Source: Bryobacterales bacterium (lineage in GTDB: Bacteria > Acidobacteriota > Terriglobia > Bryobacterales > UBA6623). From it: a stretch of 64,000 nt of DNA. Positions 49,324 through 58,483 of the stretch are shown in pieces. The translations under genes were made by a program, and so were the position numbers. Position 1 is the first letter of the stretch. Each line of letters begins with the position of its first letter. The stretch covers positions 34,761-98,760 of the forward strand of contig CBDDCH010000001.1 of the NCBI GenBank assembly GCA_965226215.1. The letters are read 5' to 3'. The notes under the pieces were generated by a model. That model had not been told where the DNA came from, searched no databases, and worked only from the letters and a program-made list of their open reading frames with translations.

Positions 49324-52300
49324 CAAGGGCAGGTTGCGAAGGCTTGTGTGTCCGTGATGGCCGGAAAAGAGCTGCCGAGTGGATCGCCATAGGTCTTTGT
49401 CGCTCCAGTCGCCGTGTCGGTCACTCGCAAGGTGTATTCAACGTTCGTGGTCGCCGCGTCGAACACCCAGAAGTTTCCAAAGGCGTTTGTGCCGTTCACA
49501 CCGTCAAGGACTTTGATCAAGAACTCCATGTTGTCAGAGCTAAAGAAGAAAAAGTCGCCCGTGTCGGCCAGTCCCACATCGTCGCAGAGGTTGGAACCCC
49601 CGATGATGTCATTTCCGGGATCGCCAAACACTAAGCCCGTCGAGTTTACGTTGTCCACGGTTATGTACCCCCGGGCAATCGTGCCGGCCGGTACCCCCCC
49701 GGTATTGGGAACGGCTGCGACGCTTCCCGGCGAATCGTCCCGTCGAGTGGTGTCCGGGGGTTTGGGGTCCGTCGCATCCCGCCAGACACTCAGGCGCGTT
49801 CCTCCGTCGAACGCTCCTCCGTTCAGGTAGCGTGCTGCCCAGGTGGTTCCCAGGGGTTCGCGGTTATCCTGGCCGTTCGGTGAACCGCCCGGCTGGACGT
49901 AGCGTCCGTAAAAGGTATAGCCGGTAGGGTTACTGCTGTTGACGCCGCCGAGGTTTGGGTTTAGGTTGCCGAGACCCCAGGGAGCGTTAGCTTCGATCCT
50001 GACGAGATTATCGCCCTCTGCGAAGTTTGTGGCGGAATCCACTATAAACCAATCGCCCCACAACTGGTTTACGTTGGATGCTATGCCCGGCCCTGTACCC
50101 ACGCCGTCCGTGAAAAATGGGTTCAGGCCCGAGGGATCGGCGAACCGCAGAGGTTGGTTGAAGGCGAACTGATACGGATTTACTCCGAGCGGGTCCAAAA
50201 GTAGAACCGGATCGCGGCTCAAGAACCGTGCGGTGGCGGCGTCGTAGTACCTTCGGCGCATGTTGTAGAGCGTGGTTCCGGGTTCCCACATCACGCCGAA
50301 CGCACCATGATAGACAAAGGGCTGATCGGAGCCGCCCTGATGCCGCACCTCTTCGCCAAAGGGTGTCACCGCGTAGGCGTCCGTCATCGCACCGCTTGCG
50401 CCGGTAAGCATCATCGTCGAGCCAACTTGGTCGAAGTGATAGAACCTGGGGCTGTTGTCGGCAGACTCGATGCTGTAAAGCAGCATACCGTTTGGTTCAT
50501 AGACGTAGTAACGTTGGTCGGCGCCCGCGGACCGAACGATGGAGACGGTAGGCAGAGCGTGTGCGTGATTCAGCACATAGGTTTCGCTGCCGCTGGCGGT
50601 CGTCCGAGAAATACGGTTCCCAAGCCCGTCGTAGGTGAACTCGGCGGAGCCGTCTTGGCCGTTGTAGCCCGTCAGCGTCGAGTTGCCGTCCCAGCGATAC
50701 TGTCGCAGCCGGTCGGCCAGCAGCCGGCCAAGATCATCGTAGGTCGCATTCTCCACCTGATGCGCGGTGTCGTAGGAGAGGGGCAGCATGCCCGGCGCGG
50801 GCTGCGTTTGGAGCGGTGCGTCAACCGTAGCTGAAGTGATCTGCCCGTCGTCATCCCGCTCGAGGGTAATCTCCGCCGAGACGTTCATTCCTGTATGGCG
50901 GATGCCGGTTACCTGGTCGTTTTCGTTGTAGGTCAAATCGGTGCTAACGCCGTTGGGACGCTCGATGCGGGTCCTCCGGTCGGCCGCGTCGTAGATGAAC
51001 CGCGTTACACCTCCGGTCCAGTCCGAGAGCTGGGTGAGCCGCCCCCTCATGTCGTATTCGTAGGTCACCTGTTTGCCCGGCGAGTAGGTGATATTCGAGA
51101 TGCGCCCGGCGGAGTCGTACTCGATGAGGATGCCGTTCGAGTCAATGATGCGGCTCTCGGCGTCGCGGCGCAGGGTCAGCCCGGCCGTCGCCAGGAGCTT
51201 ATTGTTCTCGTCATGGGTGTAGTCGTAAGTCGTTCCGTCGAAGAACTGGTTGCGGGTTATTTGGCCGACGGCGTCGAAGGTGCGCCGCGTCAATCCCAGC
51301 GGCGTTTGGATCTCGTGCCGCCTCCCACGTTGGTCATAGTCGTAGCTAATGGTTCGCCCGAGAGGATCGGTCAAGGAAGTTTGCCGCCCGCCGCCGTCAT
51401 ATGCGCGCAGCCATTGGTTGCCATTCGGGTCTGTCAGGGTACTCAGTTCGCCGAGACCATTGAACTGGTATCCGGTGATGATTCCGGCGGCGTCAACCTG
51501 CGAGAGATTCCCGCGCGCGTCATAGCGAAACGCTCGCGACCGGCCGGTGGCGCTCCGTGTTGAAGTCATGCGGCCGACCGCGTCGTAGGTGTAGTTAATC
51601 GTTTGCCCGCCCGGGGCTGTGAGACCCGTCACCCTTCCCGCCGCGTCGTGGACCAAGGAGCCGGTCTTGCCAAGAGCATCTGTAACGGACGTGAGCCTTC
51701 CATTGGCGTCGTAGCCATAATCGACCGAAGTTCCCAAGTCGTCGGTGACGGAGGTCAGCAGATTGCGTCCGTCGTAGGTAAAGCGAACGGCCTCGCCGGC
51801 TCCGTTTCGCACTTCGGACACGTTGCCCACGGGGTCGTACTGAACTGCGCGGGTGTCGCCTGTGCGGTCGGTGAAGCTCGCCAGGCGGCTATTCCCGTCA
51901 TAGTTAAAGCGGCGAGAGTTGCCGAGCGGGTCCGTCATCGTGCGGATCCGGTTGTTATCGTCGTATTCGATTTGTACTGCGTGACCCAGTTCATTGGTCA
52001 CCCCCACGATGTTGTCCGACTCGTCGACTTCGAGGCCGCGCTCGGAGCCATCCCCATTCCGAATCGTGCTGATCCTCTTTAGGAGATCGTAGGAGAAGTT
52101 TCGCGCGACCCCGCCGGCGTCAATCGCTTCCGCCAACGAGCCGTCGGCATTGGGGGTGTACCGGCCTGTTCCGCCGAGCGGGTTGGTCAGGGTTAACAAC
52201 TGTCCTCGCTCGTCGTAGGTGAAGGTCCAGTCATCGCCCGCGCGGTCGGTGAACCTCGTCAAGTTGCCTAGGGCGTCGTACTCGTACTGCTCGGTGGCAG

Positions 52301-53495
52301 CGTCGGGAAAGGTGAGCCGAGCAGGAACGTAGGCGCGAAAGCCGTCCTGGTCCTGTTGCTGGTATTCCATGGTCCAGGTGGCTCCGGAAAAGTCGGTTAC
52401 GCTGGCCGGGAAACCGGAGGGATTGTGATACGTGAAAAGCGCCTGGCTTCCCATGCGGTCGGTGTAGGCGACGATGCGATTGTTCCCATCGTAGGCGGAG
52501 GCATCGGTATTGCCGGCGCTATCGGTTGAACCCGAGAAGTTCTCACCGCCGGAGTGGGTGTAGCCGCTGACTTGGCCTAAGGGGTCGAGCACCGTCGTGC
52601 CTTCGCCGTCAGGGGGCTGATCGTATTCGAATGTCGTGACATTGCCCTCGCCATCGGTCTGGGTACCGACACGCCCGTCACCGTCGAAGGTTTGGGTGTT
52701 GAGCCTGCTGCCGTCGGGTAGGGTCGACGTTGTCATCAGCCCCTCGAGGTCTCCCTGGGCCGTGTAAGAGTAGGTTGTCGTCGCTCCCTTTGCATCGGTG
52801 AAGGTGGTCAGGTTGTCCCCGGTGTATCCGAACTGCACTCCGCGGCCGGTTTGATCCTCGACACGAGTCAGCTTGCCGCCGGTGTAGGTGAACGCGAGCG
52901 AGCGGCCGAGTCCGTCGGTGACCGTGTCGGGACTGTTGGCGCCCTGGGTTACGGTCAGCGCGTTGCCGTTGCGATCCTCGATCCGTGTCAGGCGGCCCAT
53001 GGCGTCGAAGGTGTAGATGCGGGTTGTGGAAAGATCCAGAAAGCGGAGCCCACCCCCGTCGGCGTCCTGCAACTGATGATCAAGTTTTTCCGTGCTCGAC
53101 AGCGCCCAGTCACCGCCGTCCCGCTGGAAGGGGGTGGTTTTGCCGCCGAAGAGGTTGACGGTTGCCGTGTCCCCATCGACGGCCACGGAGAAATCGAAGT
53201 TGTGAGTCCAGTTGTTGCCGAGAGTCCCGGTGAAACCTCTGGCCGTCAAATAAGCCGCGTAATACCGGCCAAACGTCAGCGCGAGCGGGCCGCCCAAGAA
53301 CAGGTCCGGCCGGAGGATGTTCGGGTCATGCACCTCGCCCGTGGCGAGAGAGACGGGGTCTCCGAAGGGCTGCGGGTTGTCCGCTGCCGCGTTGGTCAGC
53401 TTCAGGAGCTGTCCTATTACGGTGAAATCGAAGCGCGCTACGTTACTGCCGGCACAGCTTGAGCTCGTGGCGGTTATAGCCCAATTGACAGTCAC
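49323..53495 (-). CDS. RHS repeat-associated core protein (DUF6531-like + YD repeats + core + 266-aa tip)
   Basis: GDPVSLATGE, LG.NWTHNF, many YD repeats, FYHFDQVGS, RRYYD...RFLSRDP...NQPLRFADPSGL. Probably continuous with 53492..53911 across a frameshift. Confidence 0.9.
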   Translation of the reverse strand: MTVNWAITATSSSCAGSNVARFDFTVIGQLLKLTNAAADNPQPFGDPVSLATGEVHDPNILRPDLFLGGPLALTFGRYYAAYLTARGFTGTLGNNWTHNFDFSVAVDGDTATVNLFGGKTTPFQRDGGDWALSSTEKLDHQLQDADGGGLRFLDLSTTRIYTFDAMGRLTRIEDRNGNALTVTQGANSPDTVTDGLGRSLAFTYTGGKLTRVEDQTGRGVQFGYTGDNLTTFTDAKGATTTYSYTAQGDLEGLMTTSTLPDGSRLNTQTFDGDGRVGTQTDGEGNVTTFEYDQPPDGEGTTVLDPLGQVSGYTHSGGENFSGSTDSAGNTDASAYDGNNRIVAYTDRMGSQALFTYHNPSGFPASVTDFSGATWTMEYQQQDQDGFRAYVPARLTFPDAATEQYEYDALGNLTRFTDRAGDDWTFTYDERGQLLTLTNPLGGTGRYTPNADGSLAEAIDAGGVARNFSYDLLKRISTIRNGDGSERGLEVDESDNIVGVTNELGHAVQIEYDDNNRIRTMTDPLGNSRRFNYDGNSRLASFTDRTGDTRAVQYDPVGNVSEVRNGAGEAVRFTYDGRNLLTSVTDDLGTSVDYGYDANGRLTSVTDALGKTGSLVHDAAGRVTGLTAPGGQTINYTYDAVGRMTSTRSATGRSRAFRYDARGNLSQVDAAGIITGYQFNGLGELSTLTDPNGNQWLRAYDGGGRQTSLTDPLGRTISYDYDQRGRRHEIQTPLGLTRRTFDAVGQITRNQFFDGTTYDYTHDENNKLLATAGLTLRRDAESRIIDSNGILIEYDSAGRISNITYSPGKQVTYEYDMRGRLTQLSDWTGGVTRFIYDAADRRTRIERPNGVSTDLTYNENDQVTGIRHTGMNVSAEITLERDDDGQITSATVDAPLQTQPAPGMLPLSYDTAHQVENATYDDLGRLLADRLRQYRWDGNSTLTGYNGQDGSAEFTYDGLGNRISRTTASGSETYVLNHAHALPTVSIVRSAGADQRYYVYEPNGMLLYSIESADNSPRFYHFDQVGSTMMLTGASGAMTDAYAVTPFGEEVRHQGGSDQPFVYHGAFGVMWEPGTTLYNMRRRYYDAATARFLSRDPVLLLDPLGVNPYQFAFNQPLRFADPSGLNPFFTDGVGTGPGIASNVNQLWGDWFIVDSATNFAEGDNLVRIEANAPWGLGNLNPNLGGVNSSNPTGYTFYGRYVQPGGSPNGQDNREPLGTTWAARYLNGGAFDGGTRLSVWRDATDPKPPDTTRRDDSPGSVAAVPNTGGVPAGTIARGYITVDNVNSTGLVFGDPGNDIIGGSNLCDDVGLADTGDFFFFSSDNMEFLIKVLDGVNGTNAFGNFWVFDAATTNVEYTLRVTDTATGATKTYGDPLGSSFPAITDTQAFATCP

Positions 53496-53911
53496 CCGGG
53501 CGGTCCCGGGCCTGACGGGTTTGACGATGACATCTGCGTGATCCGCCCCGGGGCGGTGTACGGGATCGTGCGTGCGCTTCCGAGGCCGCCGCCCTGCTGT
53601 TCGATGCCCACGGCGCTACCCTGCACCGTAGCGGTCACCGTGGTGGTGCAGTTCATCTCACTGCCATCGTTCATGACACGAATTGTTATCTGCGAGCCGG
53701 ACAGGTTCACCGGTACCGTGGCGCCCGCAGGCACTTCCGTCGAATTGTTCTGTTCGTCGATGACGAAGAACTGGTGGGCTTGGGCGCCGGTCGCTCCGAC
53801 CACGAGCAGCAGGACGACCACGCACATCCATCGGGCGAACCGGTTCGGACGCGCCCTAGATAGAGGATGCGCTTCCGACGCGAGTTCGTGTTTCGCTAGA
53901 CCAAACATCAC
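53492..53911 (-). CDS. Probable N-terminal part (signal peptide + Ig-like strands) of the RHS protein, separated by a frameshift near 53550
   Basis: Signal peptide ...VVGATGAQA. The RHS frame reads DHADVIVKPVRPGTARVTVNW upstream of 53495, beginning at a CCCCGGGG run. Confidence 0.6.
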   Translation of the reverse strand: MMFGLAKHELASEAHPLSRARPNRFARWMCVVVLLLVVGATGAQAHQFFVIDEQNNSTEVPAGATVPVNLSGSQITIRVMNDGSEMNCTTTVTATVQGSAVGIEQQGGGLGSARTIPYTAPGRITQMSSSNPSGPGPPG

Positions 53912-54115
53912 CTTCCACCAGAACTCCGGACTCTGATGCGGAGAATGTTCTCCAGCTCGACTGTCGCGCTCATTCTATTGTCTGCCACGACTGACCTCCG
54001 GATCAGCATATGTTGGGACCGTGAGTATAGCGAAAACTCTCGAGGTGTCGTCCTACTTAAACTAATGACAATCTCCTTGCGCGTCAAACCGAGGTCGCCC
54101 CGTCAACATCCAAGA

Positions 54116-54192
54116 ATGGTTTGCCGACCATCGACGAGAAAATTGTACCGCCGCAGGATTACTGTCGGGAACAAGCCAACCCACCAGTAATC
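54116..54192 (-). repeat. Second, degenerate kinase 5' stub with promoter
   Basis: ATGGTTTGCCGACCATCGACGAGAAAATTGTACCGC...AACAAGCCA aligns with ATGGTTTGGCCGATCATCGACGGCTCAATTGTACCGC...AACAAGCCA at 47935-48012. Confidence 0.75.
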
Positions 54193-54258
54193 TGCCGGCG
54201 ACATTCCTTCCTGGAAAGATTCTAGCTTGGGCAGGCGGCAAAAGGAGGCCGCTTGCCC

Positions 54259-55239
54259 ATGAATCAACCGACTCAGCGACGTACCCGTCGCAGGAGAAAA
54301 TCCCCAACCTTGCCCGAACTCGAACAGGCAAAGGCTGCCGTCCTCAATAGCCTCGGGTCTCTGCAGTCTCGCCGGTCATACGGCCGTGCGATGAAGGAAT
54401 TCATCACCTGGTATTGCTCGGAGCCTCGACTGGCGCTGAACCGCTCCGTCGTCCTACGCTACCGCATGCGACTTGAAAACATGCGTCTCGCAGCAGCTAC
54501 CATCAATGTTCGCCTAGCTGCCGTTCGGCGTCTCGCTACCGAAGCCGCCGACAGCGGGCTGCTAAGTCCGGACCTCATCGCCGGCATTCGACGAGTCCGC
54601 GGTGTCAAACAGCTGGGTCGCCGCATCGGAAACTGGCTCACCCCAGAAGAGGGGCAGCGTTTGCTCAGTGCTGTGCCAACCGACCGTCTTCGGGGCAAGA
54701 GGGACGCCGCGATGCTCGGGTTGTTGATCGGGTGCGGACTGCGGCGCTCGGAACTGGTCGAACTCAACGTCGATCAGATCCAACAGCGAGAGGGACACTG
54801 GGTGATCATCGATCTGATCGGCAAGGGTGGCCGCTTGCGCACCGTCCCCATGCCGGGTTGGGTCAAAGACGCTGTAGACGATTGGGTTTGCTCGGCGGAG
54901 ATCACGGGAGGCCGGCTGTTCCGCGCGGTCCGCAAAAATGGTGTGCTGTGGGGCCACGGGTTAACGCAGAATGTGGTCTGGTACGTCGTCAAGGAGTGCG
55001 CCAAGCGAGCTGGGATCCAAAATCTGGCGCCCCATGATCTGCGAAGGAGCTGCGCTCGCCTGTGCCATGAATCGGGAGGGGAGTTGGAGCAGATCCAATT
55101 CCTGCTCGGTCACGCCTCCGTACTAACGACGGAACGTTACATCGGCTGCAAGCAACGGCTCAGCTGTGCGGTGAATGACCGGATCACGTTGCGTGCTGAG
55201 AACTCTCCCGACTCCGAACCATCTGAGTTCACCGGCTAG
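54259..55239 (+). CDS. Tyrosine recombinase (XerC/D-like fold), intact
   Basis: GLRRSEL, GKGGR, PHDLRR, LLGH, TTERY catalytic set; AGGAGG RBS. Confidence 0.92.
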   Translation: MNQPTQRRTRRRRKSPTLPELEQAKAAVLNSLGSLQSRRSYGRAMKEFITWYCSEPRLALNRSVVLRYRMRLENMRLAAATINVRLAAVRRLATEAADSGLLSPDLIAGIRRVRGVKQLGRRIGNWLTPEEGQRLLSAVPTDRLRGKRDAAMLGLLIGCGLRRSELVELNVDQIQQREGHWVIIDLIGKGGRLRTVPMPGWVKDAVDDWVCSAEITGGRLFRAVRKNGVLWGHGLTQNVVWYVVKECAKRAGIQNLAPHDLRRSCARLCHESGGELEQIQFLLGHASVLTTERYIGCKQRLSCAVNDRITLRAENSPDSEPSEFTG

Positions 55240-55357
55240 GTTGAATGCCCTGATTGGGAAGCTTCGGGTCATACCCGCCTTTGGACGACTGTTGCGTGCA
55301 CACCGTCGATTGGACGAAACTACACGTCGGATGCCGAGTTGGTTCTTGGATCAACCA

Positions 55358-55548
55358 TGCAGCATGAGGCGCGCGACTTAGTGGAAACGCAATGCTGCAT
55401 TGTCGGGGCCGGACCTGCGGGGGCAGTCCTTGGGTTTTTGCTGGCTCGCGCCGGCGTTTCTGTTACCGTCGTCGAGTCCCATTCCGATTTTGACCGTGAC
55501 TTCCGCGGCGATACGATCCACCCCGCCGTGATGGAGATCATGGATCAG
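55358..55548 (+). pseudogene. N-terminal fragment of FAD-dependent monooxygenase
   Basis: CCIVGAGPAG...DFDRDFRGDTIHP, truncated where it meets the converging protease remnant. Confidence 0.75.
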
Positions 55549-56424
55549 GGACGACCGCAGAAATCCCGACGTTGCTACTCGAAACGAGAGTTTTGGCAGT
55601 CTCTAGAAGCTTCACGGGGTAACTGTCAAGGAAGCTGCCCTTCATGATCCCGGCAAGCTTGAGGACCATGCCGGGTAAAAGAGTACCGGGCCTGCGGTCG
55701 GAGCCTAGGTAGAAAAAGACCGGTGCTCCGCTGTTGCCACCGAAAGAGAAAGTTTCGATGAGGTAAAGCTCAAGGAGTTCCGGTTCCTTGTCGGGGTTGT
55801 CCTTCCAAGGGATGCGCTCATCAGTTAGCAGAGCTACGCGTCCGAATCGGACGATTGGATGGTTTCTTCGTTGCCCCATGTAGGGCGTGAAGAGACCCGT
55901 GAAAAATACGTCAGAACCTTCGCTGATGTTTAGCTCGCGGAAGGATTCCTTGGTGGTGAGAAAGTCGGCTGGTAGTACTTTAAAGTCGAAGTGCTTCTGA
56001 TCGGGGAGCGCAGGGACGACAACTATGTCAACGGTCTCATCTGTGGGATGAGTGTAGAGGGTCTTGCGGCCTTTTACCGTAAGGTCTAGGGGAGCGAATT
56101 CGGCACCCCCTGCGACTGTGTTGAGCCGCAGCCAGACTCTGGGATAGAGCTTGCCTGCCTTGTCATGCAGCACATGGCGGGCTGTTACGAAGTAGCTGCT
56201 CAGCGTGGCAGGATCGACCTCGTTTCTCACACTCGCAAAAAATCCGGTTCCCCAGGGGACGGGGTCACCGTGCTTGTCCATCCGGAGCTTGCCGGCTTTG
56301 TCCGCGAGAAATACAAAGGTGACGATCTTCTTTACTTCGTCTGGAATAATTAGTTGCTAGGCTGCGCTCCGCAAAGAACAAGGAGAGCTAAGAGGAGGGC
56401 AGCTCGGACGCTTGGAGATGTCAT
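55538..56424 (-). pseudogene. Trypsin-like serine protease, frameshifted after signal peptide and 3'-truncated
   Basis: GTGFF, FVTARHV, VDI, GGNSGAPVF. The signal peptide is in a different frame, shifting near 56352. Confidence 0.75.
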
Positions 56425-57046
56425 CTCTTCAGTATTGTAAAGGGATGACGTAGGTGCACCAAGACCTTGATTGGTACGGCAATTGTCTTCTGGCCCGCTG
56501 CGATCGTAACCGTTTTCAGGAAGTCTAAGCACCACTGGATCACGATCCAGAGCGGCTCGAAACTCGCCCCACTGCGGGCCTCCAAGAAGAATTACATGCG
56601 GCTCCGTGCTCAGGTCGCGGCAGCCCTAGGCGTGCTGCCCGTCACTGCTGACGATCAGTGAACGAGCTACACAGGACACACATTTTACCTTTTTAGCCGT
56701 TTCCCTCCGCTCTCTACCGTCCCCTCTGAATTCAACGCAAGGGTGAGGCAATCCCCCGCGCTTTTCAGGCGGCCCTGAGTACTCGGAGCGGCGGACACAG
56801 GGGTTCACGCTTGCCGAATGTTACCCCTGTGTGCTTACAGCTCGTCCCAGAAGAACGCCAATGCCGCTCCTTCCCGAGGAAGTTCGGCTGTATGGCGTCG
56901 AAGTTTACCCGAGCATTCAGTTGGAACACCCTCCGCAGGCAGGAAGGGCTGCCAAGGACGACGCTTTCATCGGGCGAGAGACAGCCAAAGGGTGATGTTT
57001 TCAAACTCAAGCATCCCCGGCGCACGGCGCTGCGCATCGGTCGCGC

Positions 57047-57181
57047 CAGTATATCCCCAACCCAGCGTACTTCTGGGCGAGCAACCTCCGGGAGCCCACG
57101 CTGCTTCGCAGCCACCCGCAAACGGAAGAGCGCATCAAGAGGCTGCTCGCCCTGGAAACCGGCTACGCTCTGGCGGCCTGA
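57047..57181 (+). pseudogene. C-terminal remnant of HtpX/M48 peptidase
   Basis: Manual translation gives EPTLLRSHPQTEERIKRLLAL; no upstream HExxH portion is visible. Confidence 0.6.
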
Positions 57182-57384
57182 GCCGTTCGCCGTCACGCCC
57201 GTCATTCAGAATCGAGTGAAACGGCAAGGAGAGAAACGCCGCTGACCGCGCGATCGCGGCCTAACCCACCGTCGAGGCGGGAAGAGCAAGTCACTCAACG
57301 GCCGACGCTACCCAAACCGTGCAGCAGCACGGGCACGCGCTTTAGCCGCTTCGATTTCCCGGCTGCTCGTCCCTACCCCCTCCT

Positions 57385-57408
57385 GGGCGCAATGAATTGC
57401 GCCCCTAC
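57385..57408 (-). repeat. GTAG-type REP element
   Basis: Minus-strand palindrome GTAGGGGCGCAATTCATTGCGCCC. Confidence 0.65.
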
Positions 57409-57544
57409 AAACAAGGTTCGTTCAACGCTGGCCATCCAAACCTCGTGAGAAAAGCGGGCTAGGCAGACTCCTTGTGACAAACAGCCCCCTATATGCGGAA
57501 CTCCGCCGGGATCGAGTACGCAGGAAGGGGTAACATCGAAGGAG

Positions 57545-58483
57545 ATGAACTCGGCAGGGCCGGTGATCGAGACGGAAGGGCTGGCGAAACATTTTCGCAG
57601 CACGTACCGCCGTCGAGTTGTGCGGGCGGTCGACGGGATTTCGCTCGCGGTGGAGCCCGGCGCCGCCTTCGGCCTTCTGGGGCCAAATGGATCGGGCAAG
57701 ACCACCTTCGTGAAGCTATTGCTGGGAGTCATACGTCCCACTGCGGGCCAGGCACGTTTGTTCGGCAGGAACTGTCAAGAGCCCGAAGCCCGCCGGCAAA
57801 TCGGCTACTTGCCCGAGAACCATCGCTTCCCCACCTATAACACCGGCCGGCAGATGCTCGAGTTTTATGCCGCTCTCTCCGGCGTGGCGTCGGAGGAAAG
57901 AAAACGCAGAGCCGGGGAACTGCTCGAGCGCGTCGGTTTGGATGGCTGGGGAGATGTTCGTATAGGCAAATACTCCAAGGGAATGCTGCAGCGATTGGGT
58001 CTGGCACAGGCCCTGATGCACCGCCCTTCTTTGCTGATCCTTGACGAACCGAGCGACGGGGTGGATCCGGTCGGCCGGCGGCTGATTCGCGAGATGCTTC
58101 AACAACTGCGACAAGAAGGCACGACCATCTTCTTGAACTCACATTTACTAGCTGAGGTTGAGTTGTTCTGCGAACAGGTGGCGATCATCCGCCGCGGTGA
58201 GGTGGCTTTGACGGGGCGGGTGCGGGAGCTGACTGCGGGAAGCGGCTACCGGCTGACGGCGGTTGACGTCACGGAGAGCGCCTTAAGCGAAATACGTGAA
58301 AAAGCGGCCGGCGTTTCCTCGCAAGATGGAATGCTTCACCTAGAATTCCCCGACCGCGAAGCTGCGAATCGCGCGATTGATGTGCTGCGCCGCGAGGGTG
58401 TAACGGTTGAAGAGCTTCGTGCTCACCGTTCCACCCTCGAGGACGTTTTCGTGCGGGCGGTCCAAGAGGCGCGGAAACAATGA
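57545..58483 (+). CDS. ABC transporter ATP-binding protein
   Basis: GPNGSGKTT, YSKGMLQR, LILDEP, NSH. Confidence 0.95.
   Translation: MNSAGPVIETEGLAKHFRSTYRRRVVRAVDGISLAVEPGAAFGLLGPNGSGKTTFVKLLLGVIRPTAGQARLFGRNCQEPEARRQIGYLPENHRFPTYNTGRQMLEFYAALSGVASEERKRRAGELLERVGLDGWGDVRIGKYSKGMLQRLGLAQALMHRPSLLILDEPSDGVDPVGRRLIREMLQQLRQEGTTIFLNSHLLAEVELFCEQVAIIRRGEVALTGRVRELTAGSGYRLTAVDVTESALSEIREKAAGVSSQDGMLHLEFPDREAANRAIDVLRREGVTVEELRAHRSTLEDVFVRAVQEARKQ

Noticed and set aside
49323-50123. Diversity-generating retroelement acting on the RHS tip
   Set aside because: No reverse transcriptase and no template/variable repeat pair seen in the window.
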